Part shown: piece after piece, positions 59,401 to 64,000 of the stretch
Numbering within the stretch: position 1 is the first letter of the stretch
How the letters are laid out: each line of letters starts with the position of its first letter
NCBI GenBank assembly: GCA_030141605.1
Contig: JAQGDQ010000075.1
Span: 372,001 to 436,000 of the forward strand
Reading direction: 5' to 3'
DNA length: 64,000 nucleotides
Origin: Tubiluchus corallicola
Lineage: Eukaryota > Animalia > Priapulida
Notes under the pieces: model-generated
What the model saw: only the letters and a program-made list of their open reading frames with translations
Database searches by the model: none
Told to the model about the DNA's origin: nothing
Position numbers and translations under genes: made by a program

Positions 59401-60338
59401 TATGTTAATGCCTCATGAAAATTGAAACTTTATGAACAATCCTTTTGGCTCGCACAACACTGAACTTTCTGTAATTTAGAGTGAGTGCTTTGTTTTCTCT
59501 CATTGATACAGGTTTTAGTTTATTAAGCTTTGTCAATTATTAAAAGAAACAGCACAGACAGAGTGATTGTAACATTGAGTCTGTACGGATTAATACTAAC
59601 TTCCGATGCTATCCGGTTTTACTGGCCTAGCGCTAGGAATACTTAGAATGTTGAATTCGTATATTGAAAAAAAAACAGTGACCTCATTAGTTTTTCCAAA
59701 GCATTTTCACAGGGTTATCAAAATTGATAGACACTAGTATAGCAATTAATTCCAATGGCCTTAATGACGTTTATTCTACCATAATGACAAAAAAATTTCC
59801 CCCCAAAACGTCTTAAGAACCACCTGATTACGAAAGAACTGAATTTATATTTCTTTAGTCGGCAGTCATCGCAAAACTCTTGTCAATACTCACATCTATA
59901 TACGGCTTCGCACACGCAAGGTGGAACAATGGTTTCGTGTCATCAGGAAACGTTAGTGAGCTTTGTATGGAGACAGAAAAGCTCGGATTAATCATAATAA
60001 AAGCATGTCCGGTTAGGCTATACGTGGGAAATTTTGCTTTGAGTCTGACAAAGCTTGATCAATAATGACCCGAGGACAGCGTGATCAGAGACCAGGGGCC
60101 AAAAATGAAAAGCGTTGCAACTGTTTAATACAATGTACAATTTTACATGTGCCCTTAAAGTAATAGCTTTCATAATGACAGATCTGTTTTGATTTGATGA
60201 TTTCATGCGTTTGATGCGTTACGCGTGTTGTAATTGTGTACATTACGTAAGATAGATGTGAGCAATTATGTGTAATGAAGAATTAACTCAAATTCTTTTA
60301 TTAAATGTAACTATGAAGGTGATTCAAAATGAGGCGTT

Positions 60339-60367
60339 AAATCAAATCAAATCAAATCAAATCAAAT

Positions 60368-60440
<73 letters not shown>

Positions 60441-60444
60441 AGCT

Positions 60445-60468
<24 letters not shown>
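60339..60468. repeat. (AAATC)n followed by (CT)n microsatellite
   Basis: Directly visible. Confidence 0.97.
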
Positions 60469-60477
<9 letters not shown>

Positions 60478-62435
60478 AAATCAAACATTGGTTTCAGTAC
60501 TAGTTCAGCTGACCTTACATAAATGCTACTGTACTGGACTTTTAATCTGATTAACTACTGCATATTGTTATTGCAAACCATGATGTCAGTATGAAACCCA
60601 CAAAACATTCAAGCAAAAGTCGCAGTAGTTTTGTGGAAACGAGACATGATAGGTATAAAAAGAAAAAAAATTGCAGTAATGCGGTGTTTTCACGAAGATG
60701 TCGGCTAGGAGTAATTAGTGTACTTCTAGTTTGCTTCAGAATTTCTCAAAGTTTTTACTTCTAGTGTAGTTGCAAGGTGGCTTCACTCGCTTGTGCCGCG
60801 GGTCCCCGTCTTAAAACCCCCTATCAGACCTTGAAAACATCGACGAAGTCCGATTAGGCGAACAAGTGCTTGATGGAACAATGAGTCTCGTGTCGACTTC
60901 GAACGGGTATTTGCTCCGATACCGTACCAGTTTAGGTGTTGGGTCTTAGGAGATAGTTTTTGTTGGCGGCAATTAGGTGAGAATGCAGTTATTGGTTGGG
61001 TCAGAGGCAAAAAATGTACACTACAACAATGCTGAATGAAATACATGCAGGAGTCCCAAGAATTGAGTGTTGCTAATTTGCTGAGAGTGATACGTTAAAG
61101 CACAAGAAAACACTCTTCGTAAATAAAGTCTTAAAATTCGTCTTGAAATTTTTTATCACTGTCTTATTGCATACAGAGCGTGCGTTAGCAGTAACGCTGT
61201 ATAAAACTTGTAAATTTAAGCTGCCGCGATGACCGTTTGGGCAGCGATTTTCGCTACAGTCATTTAAAACAAATTTAGATAACATTGGGTAAAGTTAGAA
61301 AAAATAATCAAAACATTGGTAGCACCGTCTTTACTAGCTATGCAACAGCATAAATTACTTTATATTGCTAATAAGATCTATAACGTGTTTTTAGTGAACT
61401 AATGGTGAACACAGTGATCTTCTTTCCCAACATGTACATAAGTCTTTCAAACAGCTAAACCTACTGCTAAATAATGTAACTTTGTATGGAAAGTTTTTTG
61501 ATACATACTTTAAAATTCGCATTTCTTCCCCTTCAAGAATTTAGTATTTCTCAATTTAATAATGGTATAACATATCGTTTGTATCAGACAACGTTACGGA
61601 CTAATACAGAAATCTTCGGACATAATAATAATGGAAACACACACACACACGCACAGACACATGCACGCATACACCGACACACATAAGTCAGATTAACGTG
61701 TTTTACCTACGTACATTTTTGTTTCACTACATCTTCTATTTTTTCATATCCCTTTTCAGTTTTTTGTTCTTTTCTCCCCTCTACTTATTGAATTTAGGTT
61801 CTAACTTATTATGACAATTAATTTATTATTATCAACGTTTACCCGGGTGCCGTCCTTCAACTATATATTCTTTCTAGAGCCTTGTTGTAATTCTCTGGAC
61901 AGTTTCAGGTTTTATGACACTACAAATGATATTGACGCATATTTTATAGCAGCTTTGATGGTGATTAAATGTGCTCATCACGCAGATTCAGGGCATATCC
62001 AGAATCTAACCATGGTACAGAGTCACGTATAAGTTATTTAGAGCGCCCTTCTGCAGAGCAATGAGAGTAACAACAATAAGACGATAATATCCAAACACTG
62101 TATTTCTTTTCCATTATTAATATATAATAGTTAAACATCTCAGCACACATTTCAGACAAATTTCTAAATTAAAGCCTGGCACTAACTGCTCAGGTTGGGT
62201 GTTTTATACACATTTATTCAAATTCGTATCTCACGTTTCCTGCGCTTCTAAATGAGGGCATAATTGCTATAGTACACCACCTATCTTCTGCTGAACAAAA
62301 ACATGGTGACCTGAAACCATGGTTTATTTTTTATTAATAATCACTAATTCTTATATGTTTATAAATTATTATCTAGGTAAATTTTACATGTCTGTACATT
62401 GCCCGTGTTCTATGAACTTTTCTTACGAAGTAAAA

Positions 62436-62542
62436 TTTACTTGCTTACTTAATTATTTACTTACTTACTTACTTACTTATTTTCTTACTTACTTGCTTGC
62501 TTCTTTGCTTGCTTGCTTACTTACTTATTTGCTTACTTACTT
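62436..62542. repeat. (TTAC/TTGC)n tetranucleotide microsatellite
   Basis: Directly visible. Confidence 0.95.
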
Positions 62543-63361
62543 TCTCACTTAATTCTTGTGAAAACTAGCTGACAATGCCGCCACAGTTATGTACATCTTC
62601 TGACTATATCCGCCTTAATTGGACGTCAATTCCAGCCCATCACACTTTGTTGGATACCTTTTGTATTTTGCTACAAAACACAATATCGTCATTAACGAAA
62701 AAAGCTTGTCACTATAAACAAAAACGAAATCTTGTGATAGCACGTTCATCACATCGTTAGTGATTTTGTGTTAAGACTAATACTCCAGCTCGTACAGAAT
62801 CCAGAAAGAGCTTGTCAATATTAAATCGAAAATTGTGTCAAATATAAGTTTCTATACAACCGACCAGTTTTACGTTTCATACATGTAAAACACTTGGAAA
62901 ACATAAGAATAAAATAACTCCGGTGACGCGGATACAATAAGGCAAAGTACCATTTTCTATGCAGAGCTAATAAATAAATTTCAAAATTTTCAAAATCCTC
63001 GGTTAATGTTAAAAAACAACCGTTTCGCTCTATTGTATTTCAATATGAAGATATAATCTTAAAAAATTTAAACTATCTTGTAACAAGGCTAGTAGGCTGT
63101 TATTTAAGTTCCCATATGACAGCGGTGCATATGACAACACCCGTCGAATTTTGTCGAGAACTACGCCAGTACGGCATATCTCGAGTTTGAATGTTTTTTA
63201 CCTTGTTTGCTTTTACCCTGCCCTTGCAAACTGGTTCTTGAATGTAAACATGGCGTAAACATTTGCGTCGTAATCAATTACTACTGTAATTGTCATTCAA
63301 GTCTATCATAAGGCTGGCATCGTGCCCAACTGGCCATGTAAGCTGAATTAGGCTTCTTTCA

Positions 63362-63580
63362 TAGATCTATCTGTCTGTTTGTCTGTCTGGCTGTCTGTCT
63401 GTCTATCTATCTATGCTTCTCTTCCCTTTTCTTACTGATTTCGTACATAAAATTTATTACTAAGGTTCTCATCTCTACATCATTTAGGCCATTAACAAAA
63501 ATAAACTGTTCACGTATAGGCATATCTGCAAAAGAAGGAAATATTTTTAAAATATTTGCAAATACAACTTTTCTCTCATT
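63362..63580 (-). mobile_element. Probable LINE 3' terminus with (GATA/GACA)n tail
   Basis: The minus-strand frame ...REQFIFVNGLNDVEMRTLVINFMYEISKKR...* ends directly in a GATA/GACA microsatellite, a layout typical of truncated LINE ends. Confidence 0.45.
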
Positions 63581-63610
63581 ATATACATATAATGTATATA
63601 TATGTATATA

Positions 63611-63611
63611 A

Positions 63612-63669
<58 letters not shown>

Positions 63670-63730
63670 CGTGCGTGCGTGTGTGTATAGTAATTTTTCT
63701 GTGCCAAAGGGCTTAATTAGCCACGAGTCA

Positions 63731-63767
<37 letters not shown>

Positions 63768-63769
63768 TG

Positions 63770-63845
<76 letters not shown>

Positions 63846-63904
63846 CGTGCGTGTGTGTATAGTAATTTTTCTGTGCCAAAGGGCTTAATTAGCCACGAGT
63901 CACA
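63611..63904. repeat. (ATAC)n and (TG)n microsatellites with a 172-bp-period duplication of a 46-bp unique segment
   Basis: ATAGTAATTTTTCTGTGCCAAAGGGCTTAATTAGCCACGAGTCACA is identical at 63687-63732 and 63859-63904. Confidence 0.95.
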
Positions 63905-64000
63905 TAGCGCATCCCTATGCTGTTCCTTTGCTCATTATCGATGATGACTATGGGCACAGTATAATAATTATGTTTAAAGCCTTTTTGTATTAGACTTAAC

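Noticed and set aside
63547-63879. His-Thr and Val-Cys repeat ORFs
   Set aside because: These are translations of the (CA/TG)n microsatellite.

Overview
AT-rich animal (invertebrate) nuclear DNA with spliceosomal introns. No prokaryotic features, rRNA, intact tRNA or CRISPR array were found. Six protein-coding genes were reconstructed by hand. (1) A single-coding-exon type II membrane glycosyltransferase of the plant/algal At5g12260-like family (-, 773-1870). (2) A TERB2 meiotic telomere protein split over 5 coding exons and not visible as such in the ORF track (-, 7844-12678, ~635 aa, with a ~500-aa low-complexity insert between the two conserved domains). (3) VPS53 (+, 20 exons, 17682-33082, 841 aa, one GC-AG intron). 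(4) A 15-finger C2H2 zinc-finger gene (+, 36139-39801). (5) DR1/NC2beta (-, 42006-44423). (6) The first coding exon of a proprotein convertase, PC1/3-like (+, 47859-48029), apparently followed by a >16 kb intron. Introns and intergenic DNA hold decayed LINEs, non-autonomous piggyBac, pogo/Tigger, hAT and Harbinger-like elements, a fold-back element with two outward-facing tRNA-derived heads, and many microsatellites. Protein identities rest on recalled motifs and sequences, not on database searches.
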